A stretch of 64,000 nucleotides of DNA, taken from NCBI GenBank assembly GCA_047947115.1, contig CP170459.1:2432001-2496000 (forward strand), given 5' to 3'. A model generated the notes under the pieces. The model was not told the origin of the DNA and did not search any database. It saw only the letters and a program-made list of their open reading frames with translations. The position numbers were made by a program, and so were the translations under genes. Source of the DNA: Verrucomicrobiota bacterium (GTDB lineage Bacteria; Verrucomicrobiota; Verrucomicrobiia; Limisphaerales; AAA164-E04). Positions 1 to 10,939 of the stretch are shown here, piece by piece; position 1 is the stretch's first letter; each line of letters starts with the position of its first letter.

Positions 1-716
1 GATCCATCTGCGAGCTGGCGGATGGGCTCGCCTTCCGGGGCGGGACGCAACACGACATGGGACAGGTCGATGGATTCCAGTGACGCCTCTTTGATGTTCA
101 AACTCCATTTGGATCCCTTGGGTTCGGTGATTTTGATTCGGCCCAGGTCAAACGCCTGCACGGCCAACGGGTCGGCAGTGGATTTGATGGATCGCATGGC
201 TTTGGATGACTGCAGGGAGAATTGCATATCCAACGGCGCATCGACCTTTGACTTGATGTAGACTTCCACACGATAAGATCCTGGTCGCGTCGGTTTGATG
301 ACACCTGACCAACTGTTGTCCTCTTTCTCCAAGGGGTGCATTTGCCATCGGCCATCGGAAAACTGATGCTGCGTTTGACTTCTTTCCACGATCAGCTTGC
401 AGGAATGATCGAATGGTTGTTTTGGTGCAATGACTCGGGTTGCGGAATTGCTTTCAGCGGTAAAATTGCAAAGTTCGATATCACCGTATGGGGTGACGAA
501 ATGCGTTGATCCGATCGTATCGATGGGAATGGGGATGATTTGAGAAGTTTGATTCTGTTTTTCCCAGTCAAACTCCATGCGCTCACGACTATCCCAGAAG
601 TCTGCCCCGGAGACTGATATGGACAAAACGCTCAGAACCAAGAGGTAAATTAAACGGAGCCAGGGTGTTATGGGTGTGTTCTCTGGTTGGTAAGTATTCC
701 TTGCTGCGGGTTGCAT
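1..716 (-). CDS. Secreted hypothetical protein, 3' part runs off the window start
   Basis: Manual translation (absent from the ORF track because there is no stop): open frame from ATG 716, MQPAARN...WLRLIYLLVLSVLSISVSGADFW... (signal-peptide-like) to ...HVVLRPAPEGEPIRQLADG at base 1. Confidence 0.65.
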   Translation of the reverse strand, partial: MQPAARNTYQPENTPITPWLRLIYLLVLSVLSISVSGADFWDSRERMEFDWEKQNQTSQIIPIPIDTIGSTHFVTPYGDIELCNFTAESNSATRVIAPKQPFDHSCKLIVERSQTQHQFSDGRWQMHPLEKEDNSWSGVIKPTRPGSYRVEVYIKSKVDAPLDMQFSLQSSKAMRSIKSTADPLAVQAFDLGRIKITEPKGSKWSLNIKEASLESIDLSHVVLRPAPEGEPIRQLADG

Positions 717-811
717 GTTCGAATCATGGGAATTCTGGCGATGAGGTAAAGCAAATAACTTGTTCCAGACAGCTTGCCCTTGTCCCATGGCTTTGGCAGA
801 CTTGTCGGCCG

Positions 812-1984
812 ATGCGTTTTTCGATCAGGGATTGGACAGAGGCCATTGAGACTTTGGTGCTGGAAGTGATCTCCGGTCATCGTCAGGACCGAAAGGCCAC
901 GGTGATTCGGAGTGCTTTGTTTTGTCTTTCCCTGGTTTTCACAGGGGCCATCAAGTTGCGGCGATCGTTGTACAATTTGCGTTTGCTGAGGGACTCCACA
1001 CTGGGGGTTCAAGTGATTGCAGTCGGAAACCTGACAGTGGGGGGGACTGGCAAGACGCCTGTCGTGGAGAAATTTGCTCGAGAGCTTCAGGATGCCGGGC
1101 GCAAGGTGGCCATTCTTTCTCGTGGTTATCGTTCAAAGCCCCGGCCCTTTCATGAGCGTTTGATGAACAAGCTGTTGTTGCGCCAGGATATCACACCGCC
1201 GAAGGTTGTTTCCAATGGGGAATCCTTGTTGCTGGATTCGGAGTCATCCGGGGATGAACCCTACATGTTGGCGGCCAATTTAAGGGATGTGGTGGTTCTG
1301 GTGGATAAGGACCGTGTCAAGAGCGGGCGGTATGCGATTCAAAAATATGGATGTGATACCTTGTTGCTGGATGATGGTTATCAGTACTGGAAATTGCAGG
1401 GAAGACGGCATGATGTAGTACTGATTGATTATCAGGATCCGTTTGGAAATGAGCATCTGCTGCCACGTGGGACACTCCGTGAGCCCCCGTCTCATCTGGC
1501 ACGCGCCCATACGATCTTTATCACCAAAATCAACGGGCCTACCGAAGGTTTAAGGAAAAGAATCCAAGAACTGAATCCTCGGGCCGGGATCATCGAATGT
1601 GTGCATCATCCTTTGTTTTTTGAGGATTTGTTTACGGGCGAGCAGTTGCCCTTGGAGTTTGTAAGGCACCGTCGGTTGGCAACCATCAGCGGTATTGCAC
1701 AACCGGAGAGTTTTGAGCAAAGCCTGATCCAATTGGGGAATCAAATTGTTTATCAACGCCGGTTTGCCGACCATCACCGTTATAACCAACAGGAGGTGCT
1801 CGATGTCATCAATCGCGGCGTGAAAAGGCAGGCGGAGATGTTGATCACCACTCAGAAGGATGCGGTTCGCTTTCCTAAGCTGGATCGACGTGATCTCCCT
1901 ATCTACTTTATGCGCGTCGAAATCAACATTGTGAAAGGCGCCAAGGACTTCCACGAGTGCGTCAAAAAAATCTGTTTCCACTGA
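812..1984 (+). CDS. lpxK: Tetraacyldisaccharide 4'-kinase
   Basis: VGNLTVGGTGKTP, ILSRGY, GDEP, LLDDG, LLPRGTLREP, FADHH, TTQKDAVR motifs; start moved to ATG 812. Confidence 0.95.
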   Translation: MRFSIRDWTEAIETLVLEVISGHRQDRKATVIRSALFCLSLVFTGAIKLRRSLYNLRLLRDSTLGVQVIAVGNLTVGGTGKTPVVEKFARELQDAGRKVAILSRGYRSKPRPFHERLMNKLLLRQDITPPKVVSNGESLLLDSESSGDEPYMLAANLRDVVVLVDKDRVKSGRYAIQKYGCDTLLLDDGYQYWKLQGRRHDVVLIDYQDPFGNEHLLPRGTLREPPSHLARAHTIFITKINGPTEGLRKRIQELNPRAGIIECVHHPLFFEDLFTGEQLPLEFVRHRRLATISGIAQPESFEQSLIQLGNQIVYQRRFADHHRYNQQEVLDVINRGVKRQAEMLITTQKDAVRFPKLDRRDLPIYFMRVEINIVKGAKDFHECVKKICFH

Positions 1985-1987
1985 ATC

Positions 1988-2926
1988 ATGAACAGATTTT
2001 CACAGTGGTTGCTTTATGCGTTAGGCCGGAGTTTGGTGTTTGTCATCCAACTGTTTCCTTTGACATGGGTGGCCGCTTTTGGTCGCCTGGCCGGTCGCCT
2101 GGCGTTTGTGGTTGATAAGCGCCATCGTCGCGTCGCAATCGGACAACTTGAGTGGTATCTGAAACAGACCCGGACCGAGGGGGATCCTGAATCCATGGCG
2201 AAGGAACACTATCGACGTCTGGGAGAAAACTACATTTCAGCCATCAAAACGGCTGGCATGAGTTGGGGCCGGCTTCAAAAGCATCTGGAGTTTGAAGGTC
2301 TCGAAATGCTTCAATCTCATCAAGGAGAGGGAACCGATCCCGAATGGAACAACAATTGGGTCTTCGCCATCGGTCATTTTGGAAATTTCGAATTGTACGC
2401 CCGGTGCATGTCTCAGGTGGAGGGGTTCAAGGGAGCCACGACTTATCGGGGTTTGAACCAAGCCGGTCTCGATCGATTGTTGCATGAGTTGCGCGCCCGT
2501 TCAGGTGTGTTGTTCTTCGATCGCCGAAAACAGTTTGGGAAACTTCGTCAAATCATGAATGAAGGTTCGGTCATGCTGGGGTTGCTGGCGGATCAGGTGG
2601 CGGGGAGTGGCACTCCGATGGAGTTTTTGGGGGATGAATGCCTCTGTTCAACAGCACCCGCCGTGTTTGCCCATCGCTATCACTGTCGTCTGGGGATGGC
2701 GATTTGCTATCGAATCGGTCCCGCAAAATGGAAGGTGATTTTTGATCAGGAAATCCCCACGTTTTCTCAAGGAGAACGCCGATCGGTTGAATCCATCACC
2801 AAGGATGTCAATCGAGCATTTGAAAGAGCGATCCACCGCGATCCCTTGAACTGGTTCTGGGTGCATGATCGCTGGAAGCGTTACCGCAAACTCAAAAAGA
2901 AAAAGCCCGTTCCGCCAGCCAAGTAG
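1988..2926 (+). CDS. Lipid A late acyltransferase (LpxL/HtrB family)
   Basis: GHFGNFE, LLADQ, W-F-W-V-H-D-R-W-K motifs; directly follows lpxK. Confidence 0.9.
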   Translation: MNRFSQWLLYALGRSLVFVIQLFPLTWVAAFGRLAGRLAFVVDKRHRRVAIGQLEWYLKQTRTEGDPESMAKEHYRRLGENYISAIKTAGMSWGRLQKHLEFEGLEMLQSHQGEGTDPEWNNNWVFAIGHFGNFELYARCMSQVEGFKGATTYRGLNQAGLDRLLHELRARSGVLFFDRRKQFGKLRQIMNEGSVMLGLLADQVAGSGTPMEFLGDECLCSTAPAVFAHRYHCRLGMAICYRIGPAKWKVIFDQEIPTFSQGERRSVESITKDVNRAFERAIHRDPLNWFWVHDRWKRYRKLKKKKPVPPAK

Positions 2927-3141
2927 GGACTTCAGGAGGATGAATCAGACCGGGGGGGGCACCGTCGAGAAGGTAAGGGCCTGCTGCCACAGAGCCGCGG
3001 GCGCGCAAGGGTGTTGGGTGAATGAGGTGCTGTTCGGACACGCTACCGGATGTGCATTCTCGACACTTCGTGGACACCCTGCCGGTTCAACCAAAGTTCC
3101 GGCAGAGGTTTTTCTGAAATGGCTTCCGCATCTTTGTCCAT

Positions 3142-4590
3142 TCAGTTGAACAGTGAATGGATGACATTTCCGTGCACGTTGGTCAGGCGTCGTGCGATGC
3201 CATTGTGGTAATAGGTCAGTTGGGTGTGATCCATGCCCATCAAATGCAGCGAGGTGGCGTGGATGTCGTAAAATTCGGTCGGATGTTGAACCACTTGATT
3301 CCCCAGTTCATCGGTTGCTCCGTAGGCGTATCCTTTTTTAACTCCGGCTCCAGCCATCCAGATGGTGAACGCGTGTTTATGGTGATCCCGTCCCCGGCTT
3401 TCGAGCCCTTCCGTGATGGGGGTACGTCCGAATTCGGTTGTCCACAGAACCAAGGTGTCTTCCAGCATGCCGCGCAATTTTAAATCTTTCAACAAAGCGG
3501 CCACGGGTTGGTCCATGACGGCGGCCTGTTTGTCGTGATTGCTGGTGAGATCTTCGTGTGCATCCCAATTCACTCTGGGTGAACCTTGTCCGCCGCCGTT
3601 GTAAATCTGAACAAAACGCACTCCACGCTCCGCCAGGCGTCGCGCCAACAGACAGTTGCGTCCGAATTCACCGCAGACGGGCGAATCCAGTCCGTATAGT
3701 TTTCGGGTGGACTCGCTTTCTCCTTTCAGGTCGGTGAGTTCGGGCACCGACATTTGCATCTGTGCGGCCAGTTCGTAGGCATGAATGCGTGCTTCCAATG
3801 TGGAATCTCCCTCGAACTGACCTGCAAAATTTTTATTCATGCGCGTCAGCAATTTGGAAGCGCTCGTTCGTGCTGACGGATTGACGGTTGACGGTGTGTT
3901 GAGGTCGGCGATGGGGTTGGGGCCGGATTGAAAGGCGACTCCCTGATGAACTGCCGGAAGAAATCCACTTGTCCAATTAATTGCTCCACCTGCGGGATAC
4001 TGTCTTGGATCTGGCAGCACAATATAAGCGGGAAGGTTTTGGTTTTCGGATCCCAGACCATAGGACGCCCACGCTCCAAAATTGGGATAGCCGTTGCGGT
4101 CCATCCCGCAATTCATCTGAAAAGTGGCGGGTGTGTGGTTCGAATTCTTGGTGTGCATGGAATGAACAAAGGTCAGATCATCCACACACTCGGCCAAATG
4201 GGGTAGCAAATCGCTCATCCACAGCCCGCTTCGTCCGCGCCGTTTAAAGGTGTAGGGGCTACCCATCAAGCGTCCGGGTTTCAGACGATGGGTTTTCATG
4301 GCGTTGCCGGTGTAGGTTTGATCATTGCGCCGATCCAGTTCGGGTTTGTAATCAAAGGCATCCACATGACTGACCCCGCCCAGTGCACAAATGTGAATGA
4401 TGCGTTGTGCTTTGGGAATAAATCCGGCCGGTTTCGGGAGGTAAGGTGAATTCGAAGCCAGTAATCCAGCGTCTGCTCCCAGCAGCCAATGCAATGCCAC
4501 CGTGCCAAATCCGCAGCCTGATTGCCTGAGAAATTGTCTCCTGGATGTCGCCTTTGTCGAGAGCAGATGGGATGAGGGATGCGGATTCAT
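3142..4590 (-). CDS. DUF1501 family protein with Tat signal
   Basis: SRRQFL twin-arginine motif, GGVSHVDAFDYKP, WDAH, TEFGRTP, GRDHH; paired with upstream PSD1 gene. Confidence 0.9.
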   Translation of the reverse strand: MNPHPSSHLLSTKATSRRQFLRQSGCGFGTVALHWLLGADAGLLASNSPYLPKPAGFIPKAQRIIHICALGGVSHVDAFDYKPELDRRNDQTYTGNAMKTHRLKPGRLMGSPYTFKRRGRSGLWMSDLLPHLAECVDDLTFVHSMHTKNSNHTPATFQMNCGMDRNGYPNFGAWASYGLGSENQNLPAYIVLPDPRQYPAGGAINWTSGFLPAVHQGVAFQSGPNPIADLNTPSTVNPSARTSASKLLTRMNKNFAGQFEGDSTLEARIHAYELAAQMQMSVPELTDLKGESESTRKLYGLDSPVCGEFGRNCLLARRLAERGVRFVQIYNGGGQGSPRVNWDAHEDLTSNHDKQAAVMDQPVAALLKDLKLRGMLEDTLVLWTTEFGRTPITEGLESRGRDHHKHAFTIWMAGAGVKKGYAYGATDELGNQVVQHPTEFYDIHATSLHLMGMDHTQLTYYHNGIARRLTNVHGNVIHSLFN

Positions 4591-4615
4591 GATGGAGTTG
4601 TTGTGAGTTTTAAGA

Positions 4616-6955
4616 TTATTGCATGTAAAGGAATTCACTCGAATTCAACAATACCCAGCAGACCTGGGACAGCCCATGCTCGGCTGCCAGGGTTTGGTGT
4701 TCATGGAGCTCTTCTGCTGTCGGGTTGCGTTGCATGGTTCGCTGAAAGGCGGATTGAATGGCCTGCTGCGTGTTATTTGGCCATTGTTGTTCCAGATCCT
4801 GCGCCATTTTTGCTGCCTGACGCAGGACGACGGAGTTGTTCATCAGTGTCAGGGCTTGAAGTGGCGTCGTGGTAATGCTGCGGTTCGGCATCAGGTCACT
4901 GGGACGAGGGCAATCCAATGAATCCATCAAGGGATCGTTGGCGGATTGAACATGAGTTCGGTAAACCGAACGCCGGTTGTAGGTGGCTCCCTGGTGATCT
5001 TTCCAGGTGTAGAAATGCGAATTGTTGACCTTGAGGGTGTAGGATTTGTAACCAGGTCCTTCCATGTCATAATTGATCTCCCCACTCGCCATCAGCATGG
5101 CATCCCGGGCGACTTCGCCTTCAACCCGACGTGGTGAGAATCGCCACAGCCACTGGTTGTCGGCGTCTTTTTTGAGGCCTTTTTCATCGGGTGCCGAGGA
5201 TTGCTGATAGGTGGCGCTGGACATGATCAAACGGTGCATGTGTTTGACGTCCCATCCGCTGCGGATAAATTCCGTGGCCAACCAGTCCAATAGTTCCGGA
5301 TGCGATGGACGTGCTCCGAGCTGACCGAAGTCGTTGGGAGTCGTTACAAGACCGCGTCCAAAGTGATAATGCCAAATGCGATTGGCCATTACGCGTGCCA
5401 GGAGCGGATTGGCCGGATCGGTCACCCAATCCGCGAGCGCTCGGCGACGGGAGGATTCTTTTGCGTTTGGTTGCAATCCAAAATCGTAGTCCAGTTGACG
5501 CAGCATGCTCAGACCGCCCGCGCTGACCGGTTCAAGAGCCTGCTGAACATCCCCTCGGGCGAGCACCTGGGTGACATCCGGTTCGCGAGGGTTGGCGGCG
5601 TAGGACTTTGGTAGTTGTCGGTCGAGTTCCTTTAGTTCTTGTTTCAACGCCTTGATGGCCGCATTCAAGGTTGCATCTTTTTCTTTTTTTTCAGCAGTGC
5701 GTTTTGCCTCGATCGCTTTCAATTCGGATTCAATTGTCCGCCGGGCCCTGGCATAGTTCGCACGTTCCTCGGTGGTCGGGATTGGGCGATCACCATGATG
5801 CGCCCCGTCCAACGCGGCTTTGATACGGTAATAGTCCTTGAGTGGGATGGGATCGTATTTGTGACTGTGACAGCGGGCGCAGTGAATGGTGGTGGCCAGA
5901 AACGTTTGACCGAGTGTGCCGATCATTTCCTCCAGTTCGTCCTCCCTCACTTGTTTGCGACTGATGCGATTGATCTGATTGACCCCGACCTCATCCCATG
6001 GACCCGCAACCAGGAATCCGGTGGCAATGATTCCATCTTGCGTGACCGGTTCCAGTAAATCACCCGCGATCTGTTCCCTGACAAATTGGTCGTAAGGTTT
6101 GTTCTGATTGAAAGAACGGATGACGTAATCCCGATAGCGCCAGGCATTTGGTCGGTGTTTGTCGCGCTCGTATCCCTGGCTTTCGTTGAACCGCGCCACA
6201 TCCAGCCAGTGTCGACCCCAGCGTTCACCGTAATGTGGTGATTGAAGCAATCGTTCAATGACCTGATCGATGGCGGATGGGGAGGTGGTTTTCTCAAATG
6301 ACTGGATGGTTTCCCATGAAGCAGGAAGCCCGGTCAGGTCCAGTGTCATGCGTCGGATGAGCTGGCGTTGTTCGGCTGGTGGATTGAGGTGGAGCCCCTG
6401 CTTTTCAAGTCGATGTTGAATGAATAAATCGACTGGATTTTGCACGCGCCAGTTTTCCCCGGGAGGCGGAGGTGTCGGGGAAATCACGTTCTGGTAGGCC
6501 CAATGACGATACAAGATGGATTCATTGCTGGCGTCAGCAGGCCAGGCGGCACCCTGTTGGATCCACCTTCGCAAGGCCAATCGTTCATCCAGCGAAGGGG
6601 GGGCGCCTTCAGGAGGCATTCGCAGATCCGGATCCTGAGAATTGATGCGCTGAAGGATGGCGCTTTGGTCCGGCTGTTTGACATTGATAACTGGACCGTT
6701 CTTGCCGCCCTTCATTGTTGTGGATTTCAGGTCGAGCCGCAGTCCGCCTTTCTGTTGATCGGGACCATGGCAAGCTATGCATCGGCGGACGAGAAACGGT
6801 TGGATGTGTTGATCAAAGTCGATGGACTCCGTTCGAACCGACGCGAGAGACAGGACGTATCCCATGCAAACCAACAAGGTCCCAAAGTAGCTGGTCGACA
6901 TGAAATGAACTGGATTTGTATGTTGCCTCATCATCAGAATGAGTCCTGCGTGCAA
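4616..6955 (-). CDS. Planctomycete-type cytochrome c / PSD1 (DUF1549-DUF1553) protein
   Basis: CIACH and CARCH heme motifs, HWAY, YGERWGRHWLDVAR, PSHPELLDWLA, PLQAL; real start probably a few codons downstream. Confidence 0.9.
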   Translation of the reverse strand: MHAGLILMMRQHTNPVHFMSTSYFGTLLVCMGYVLSLASVRTESIDFDQHIQPFLVRRCIACHGPDQQKGGLRLDLKSTTMKGGKNGPVINVKQPDQSAILQRINSQDPDLRMPPEGAPPSLDERLALRRWIQQGAAWPADASNESILYRHWAYQNVISPTPPPPGENWRVQNPVDLFIQHRLEKQGLHLNPPAEQRQLIRRMTLDLTGLPASWETIQSFEKTTSPSAIDQVIERLLQSPHYGERWGRHWLDVARFNESQGYERDKHRPNAWRYRDYVIRSFNQNKPYDQFVREQIAGDLLEPVTQDGIIATGFLVAGPWDEVGVNQINRISRKQVREDELEEMIGTLGQTFLATTIHCARCHSHKYDPIPLKDYYRIKAALDGAHHGDRPIPTTEERANYARARRTIESELKAIEAKRTAEKKEKDATLNAAIKALKQELKELDRQLPKSYAANPREPDVTQVLARGDVQQALEPVSAGGLSMLRQLDYDFGLQPNAKESSRRRALADWVTDPANPLLARVMANRIWHYHFGRGLVTTPNDFGQLGARPSHPELLDWLATEFIRSGWDVKHMHRLIMSSATYQQSSAPDEKGLKKDADNQWLWRFSPRRVEGEVARDAMLMASGEINYDMEGPGYKSYTLKVNNSHFYTWKDHQGATYNRRSVYRTHVQSANDPLMDSLDCPRPSDLMPNRSITTTPLQALTLMNNSVVLRQAAKMAQDLEQQWPNNTQQAIQSAFQRTMQRNPTAEELHEHQTLAAEHGLSQVCWVLLNSSEFLYMQ

Positions 6956-7205
6956 ACGGTTGCTATAGACACCCCTGCGTTCAGCTTTGAAATCGGGTAT
7001 GGAGTCACCATAATAACTCCGGCAAAGGATTCAAAAGTTTTTTCAAGGATGCTGTGGCGTTTGCGTAGACCTCCAGAGCGGTGCCGTGATCACCGAATTC
7101 CAGAGAATGGGGGCGCTTGACTTGTTTTGGGACACGTTTTGTTGGCTTTTCATTTTTTGTGGGTGGCTTACATTGGCGGGCATGTATTCGAAGGATGATC
7201 GGTTG

Positions 7206-9005
7206 ATGCCGGTTCGACAGTTTATTTGTTTTCTTTTTTTGGGGGCGGTTCTTTGTCTGCCTCTGGGCTTGTTGGGGCATCCTATTTCCATGAGCACGGC
7301 GGTGGCTGATATTTACGAGGATCATGTTCAGGTGGAATTGCGGATTCTGGCCGAGGATTTGATGTTCTATCAGTCGCTCGAAGCGGATAAGGATCAGGTC
7401 CTTTCCCGGGAAGATCTGTTGAAAGGTGCGGATGCTCATCGTGCTTTTTTAACGAAATACTTTCGGGTGTTAACCAAGGATGGAGCCGTTCTTGAAGGGG
7501 AGTTCACTGAAGTGGATACGGCTGAGATTCCGGAAGAGGGGGTGAGGCTTGATCAGGTGATGGACATCGGCGTGTATTTTCAATATCGGATTGGTTTGAA
7601 CGATCGTCCCGATTTTCTGACGTTTTCCCAGAATTTCGGAGGTGATGATGCTCCGGTGCCGTCCGTGATGGATTTAATCCTTTTGCAAGGAGGAGCGCGG
7701 CTGGATTTTCCAGTGCAGATCGGGCCGCGTTCGCCGCATTCGGTGGCCATTGACTGGGAAAACCCACCGCGGAACGATCGCATGTATTGGCGCGAACGAC
7801 GTGATCTCATGCGTCAACGTCGGGAAGAACTCCTGGGGATCACGAGTTACAGTTCCACTTATGCCTATATTTACGTGGAGCCCCATGAAATCCGTTTCGA
7901 AATCCTGACCCCACTTTTGACTTTGGATACCTGGCTGCCGGTTCAGCGCAAGGAGAAGGATATACTGTCGGTTGAGGAACAGGAACAATTGCAGCTTTCC
8001 CTGGAATCTTTTTTACGTGAGAAGTGCAAAGCGATGGTGGATGGGGTGGAGGTGACGCCCAATTTGTCCCGACTGGATTTCTTTACCCTGGATATCCGGG
8101 ATTTTGCCAAACAAGGCGAGAAGCGTCCGGTGGGCATTCAGAACGGGCGTGCCGGTATGATCCTGAGCTTCAGTACCAAAGGAACCCCTCATGCTGCTTC
8201 CATTGAGTGGAAAATGTTTAATGATTATACGCCTTTATTGAACACGATGGTCTACATTTTTGACGGGAAAGGGGAACGCCACTTTTTTACGGAGAACGAA
8301 CCGGTCTGGACATGGCAGTACGAAGGGGAATTGCCCGGTGCATCGACCTGGTTGAGTCTGCCCAAAGCCCCTGAGCTGCCAATCATGAGGGTATCCATCC
8401 TGGGACTGATCTGTTCCGCTTTGGGGGTGATCGTGCTTTTAGCCGGAGTGGTTCGCATCAGGTTGTGGTGGGTTGCTGGGGGCGTGGGATTCATTCTGGT
8501 TGCCGGCTTGGTCTGGCCCGTCGGTCTAATGGCCATTTTGCATCCCTTTCAAAAGGTGCCGAAAATATCGTTAAAGGATCAATCGATCGTTGCTGAGGCG
8601 TTGTTGAAAAACGTTTATCGAGCGTTTGATTATGCGGAAGACGAAGCGGTTTACGATGCGTTGGAACGCAGTGCCTCGGGTGAGTTTCTTGAATCGCTCT
8701 ATTTGCAGATCAAGAAAGGTCTGGTCATTCAGGATCAGGGTGGGGCGCGTTCGAGAGTCAGAGAGGTGAAGTGGGTGAGCGGTGAATCAGAATCCTATCC
8801 GGAAGACAAAGTGGGCTTTGCTTTGAGGATCCAGTGGGAAGTGACTGGAACCGTGGAGCACTGGGGGCATATTCATACCCGGCAGCATGCTTATCAAGCG
8901 GTTCTGAAAGTTTCCGGCACGGATGGGGAATGGAAAATAATGGATTTACAGGTGGTTTCCGAAGATCAGATCAAGTCGGTGACCGGATTGCGCAATGCTG
9001 CTTGA
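7206..9005 (+). CDS. Conserved hypothetical membrane protein
   Basis: Long ORF with signal peptide, two TM helices and a C-terminal NVYRAFDY...HWGHIH motif; start uncertain (7086-7206). Confidence 0.7.
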   Translation: MPVRQFICFLFLGAVLCLPLGLLGHPISMSTAVADIYEDHVQVELRILAEDLMFYQSLEADKDQVLSREDLLKGADAHRAFLTKYFRVLTKDGAVLEGEFTEVDTAEIPEEGVRLDQVMDIGVYFQYRIGLNDRPDFLTFSQNFGGDDAPVPSVMDLILLQGGARLDFPVQIGPRSPHSVAIDWENPPRNDRMYWRERRDLMRQRREELLGITSYSSTYAYIYVEPHEIRFEILTPLLTLDTWLPVQRKEKDILSVEEQEQLQLSLESFLREKCKAMVDGVEVTPNLSRLDFFTLDIRDFAKQGEKRPVGIQNGRAGMILSFSTKGTPHAASIEWKMFNDYTPLLNTMVYIFDGKGERHFFTENEPVWTWQYEGELPGASTWLSLPKAPELPIMRVSILGLICSALGVIVLLAGVVRIRLWWVAGGVGFILVAGLVWPVGLMAILHPFQKVPKISLKDQSIVAEALLKNVYRAFDYAEDEAVYDALERSASGEFLESLYLQIKKGLVIQDQGGARSRVREVKWVSGESESYPEDKVGFALRIQWEVTGTVEHWGHIHTRQHAYQAVLKVSGTDGEWKIMDLQVVSEDQIKSVTGLRNAA

Positions 9006-9054
9006 AATGTTTTTGCTTTTGTAACAAGCGGCTCCATGGGATAAGGATGGCATC

Positions 9055-9717
9055 ATGAGTGGGCGAACGGCCGAAATCAATCGCAAGACGGGTGAAACAA
9101 ACATCCGCTTGAAATTAAATATCGATGGCACAGGGGTATACCGGAACCAAACCGGGATTCCTTTTTTCAACCATATGCTGGACCTGTTTGCGCGGCATGC
9201 CGTGTTGGATCTGGATCTGGAATGCGATGGGGATCTGGATGTGGATGGTCATCACACGGTTGAGGATTGCGGAATTGCCTTGGGAGAGGCTTTTTTGGAA
9301 GCTTTGGGCGATAAGAAAGGGATTCGGCGTTATGGGTTTGGATTTGATCCTAAAAATCCTTTCACCGGAGAAGCGTACGTTCCGATGGACGAATGCCTGG
9401 CCCGTTGTGTGATCGATTTCAGCGGGCGCCCTTATATGGTGTGGAACGGGATGGATGATCTTGGTATGAAATGTATTTCCGTCGAAGAAAAGCATCAGGA
9501 CATGTCATCACGTTTCCGGTTTGGGTTGGCCCGTGAGTTTTTTCAAGGGTTTGCAAATGCTGCCAAATGCAATTTGCATCTGGAGTTGCTTTACGGGGAG
9601 GAGCCGCATCATGTGGTTGAAGTTCTCTTTAAAGCATTCGCCAAAGCCGTCGATTTTGCCTGCTCGCATGATCCCCGTATCATTCATCAAATTCCCAGCA
9701 CCAAGGGAAAGCTTTGA
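9055..9717 (+). CDS. hisB: Imidazoleglycerol-phosphate dehydratase
   Basis: RKTGETNI, FFNHML, HHTVED, PMDE, HHVVE, PSTKG. Confidence 0.95.
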   Translation: MSGRTAEINRKTGETNIRLKLNIDGTGVYRNQTGIPFFNHMLDLFARHAVLDLDLECDGDLDVDGHHTVEDCGIALGEAFLEALGDKKGIRRYGFGFDPKNPFTGEAYVPMDECLARCVIDFSGRPYMVWNGMDDLGMKCISVEEKHQDMSSRFRFGLAREFFQGFANAAKCNLHLELLYGEEPHHVVEVLFKAFAKAVDFACSHDPRIIHQIPSTKGKL

Positions 9718-9758
9718 TTTAGGAGTGAATACTATCACAGCCTGAAACGTCCCATCCA

Positions 9759-10367
9759 ATGTCGGAAAATCAGTCATATGAACATTTCGATGAATCGGAA
9801 GTGGTAACCGCCGCTCAAGCCGGTGACTCTTTGGCTTTTGAAGAGCTGGTTCGCAGGCATGGAGACAAGATTTTTCGTCGTGCCCTCAGCATGCTGAGAG
9901 ATGAGGACACTGCCCTGGATATGGCACAAATGGCCTGGATCAAGGCTTGGAAACGGTTGAAGCAGTTTCAGGGGGACAGCAGTTTTGCGACGTGGATGAC
10001 GCGAGTCACCATCAATGTCTGTCTGGATCATATTCGAAAGATGAAGCGTTGGAAGTTTGCGGAGTCGATCGAGGATCTGGACGAAAACTCGGGAGGCGTT
10101 GAACGGAAGTTGCCGGTGGTGGAAACCAATCCGACCGAGGGATTGGAACGCGAAGAACTGAGAGAAAAGATTGATCAGGCATTGGGACAACTTAGCGAAG
10201 GACACCGTGCCGTCATAGTCATGCATACGTTTGAAGAAATGGCTTACAAGGAAATAGCGGACGCAATGGATTGTTCCATTGGCACTGTCATGTCGCGGCT
10301 CTTTTACGCCAGGCGCAACCTGGCCTCCATTTTGCAACGTATGCTCAACGAGGGGGAAACATCATGA
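9759..10367 (+). CDS. ECF RNA polymerase sigma factor
   Basis: Region 2 (AFEELV...FATWMTRVTIN) and region 4 (YKEIA...GTVMSRLFYAR). Confidence 0.92.
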   Translation: MSENQSYEHFDESEVVTAAQAGDSLAFEELVRRHGDKIFRRALSMLRDEDTALDMAQMAWIKAWKRLKQFQGDSSFATWMTRVTINVCLDHIRKMKRWKFAESIEDLDENSGGVERKLPVVETNPTEGLEREELREKIDQALGQLSEGHRAVIVMHTFEEMAYKEIADAMDCSIGTVMSRLFYARRNLASILQRMLNEGETS

Positions 10368-10879
10368 ATGAGGCATTGGCCATTCGGATACAGGCGTATC
10401 TAGACGGAGAACTTTCCCGCGAAGCATCCGAACAATTGCTGGCCGATTTGGACAGCAACGTCGAGGGCAGGGAGCTTTTGGCGGCTTTGCAGGCGGAAAA
10501 CGCGTTATTGAGCAGTGTATCGGAGAAAGAATACCCACTCCCGGTGGTACATGGATATTTTTGGAAAGGTATAGCGGAAGGAATCGCCCGGGAAACCGGT
10601 TCTCAGGGGCTTTCGCACCATCGTCCGGCAGTAGAGCCCTGGAAACGGTGGCTTTCCTGGTTATTGCCTGCGGCTGGGGCTGCCTGCGTGGCTTTGGTAG
10701 GGATTCAACAGGGTTGGATCAACGGGGCATCCGGCAAGATGTCGGGTGATGGGGACCGGTCCAAACTAAGACGCGCCCCCAGTTTCCATGAAGTTGACAG
10801 TCGACAACAGAATGCAGGATTTATTTCCTTCCGGTCTGAATCTGAAGGTGTTTCCGTTGTATGGATCAGTAATGACTGA
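10364..10879 (+). CDS. Putative anti-sigma factor (single TM)
   Basis: ATGA overlap with sigma stop; AYLDGELS N-terminus and one TM helix. Confidence 0.8.
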   Translation: MNEALAIRIQAYLDGELSREASEQLLADLDSNVEGRELLAALQAENALLSSVSEKEYPLPVVHGYFWKGIAEGIARETGSQGLSHHRPAVEPWKRWLSWLLPAAGAACVALVGIQQGWINGASGKMSGDGDRSKLRRAPSFHEVDSRQQNAGFISFRSESEGVSVVWISND

Positions 10880-10939
10880 AGTTTTACCATTGCCCAACAC
10901 CGGTCTAACCTTTATGACATTTTTAAATTTAATCAATTT

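Noticed and set aside
665..811. N-terminal extension of lpxK in the ORF track
   Set aside because: Overlaps the divergent gene starting at 716 and looks non-coding; ATG 812 fits better
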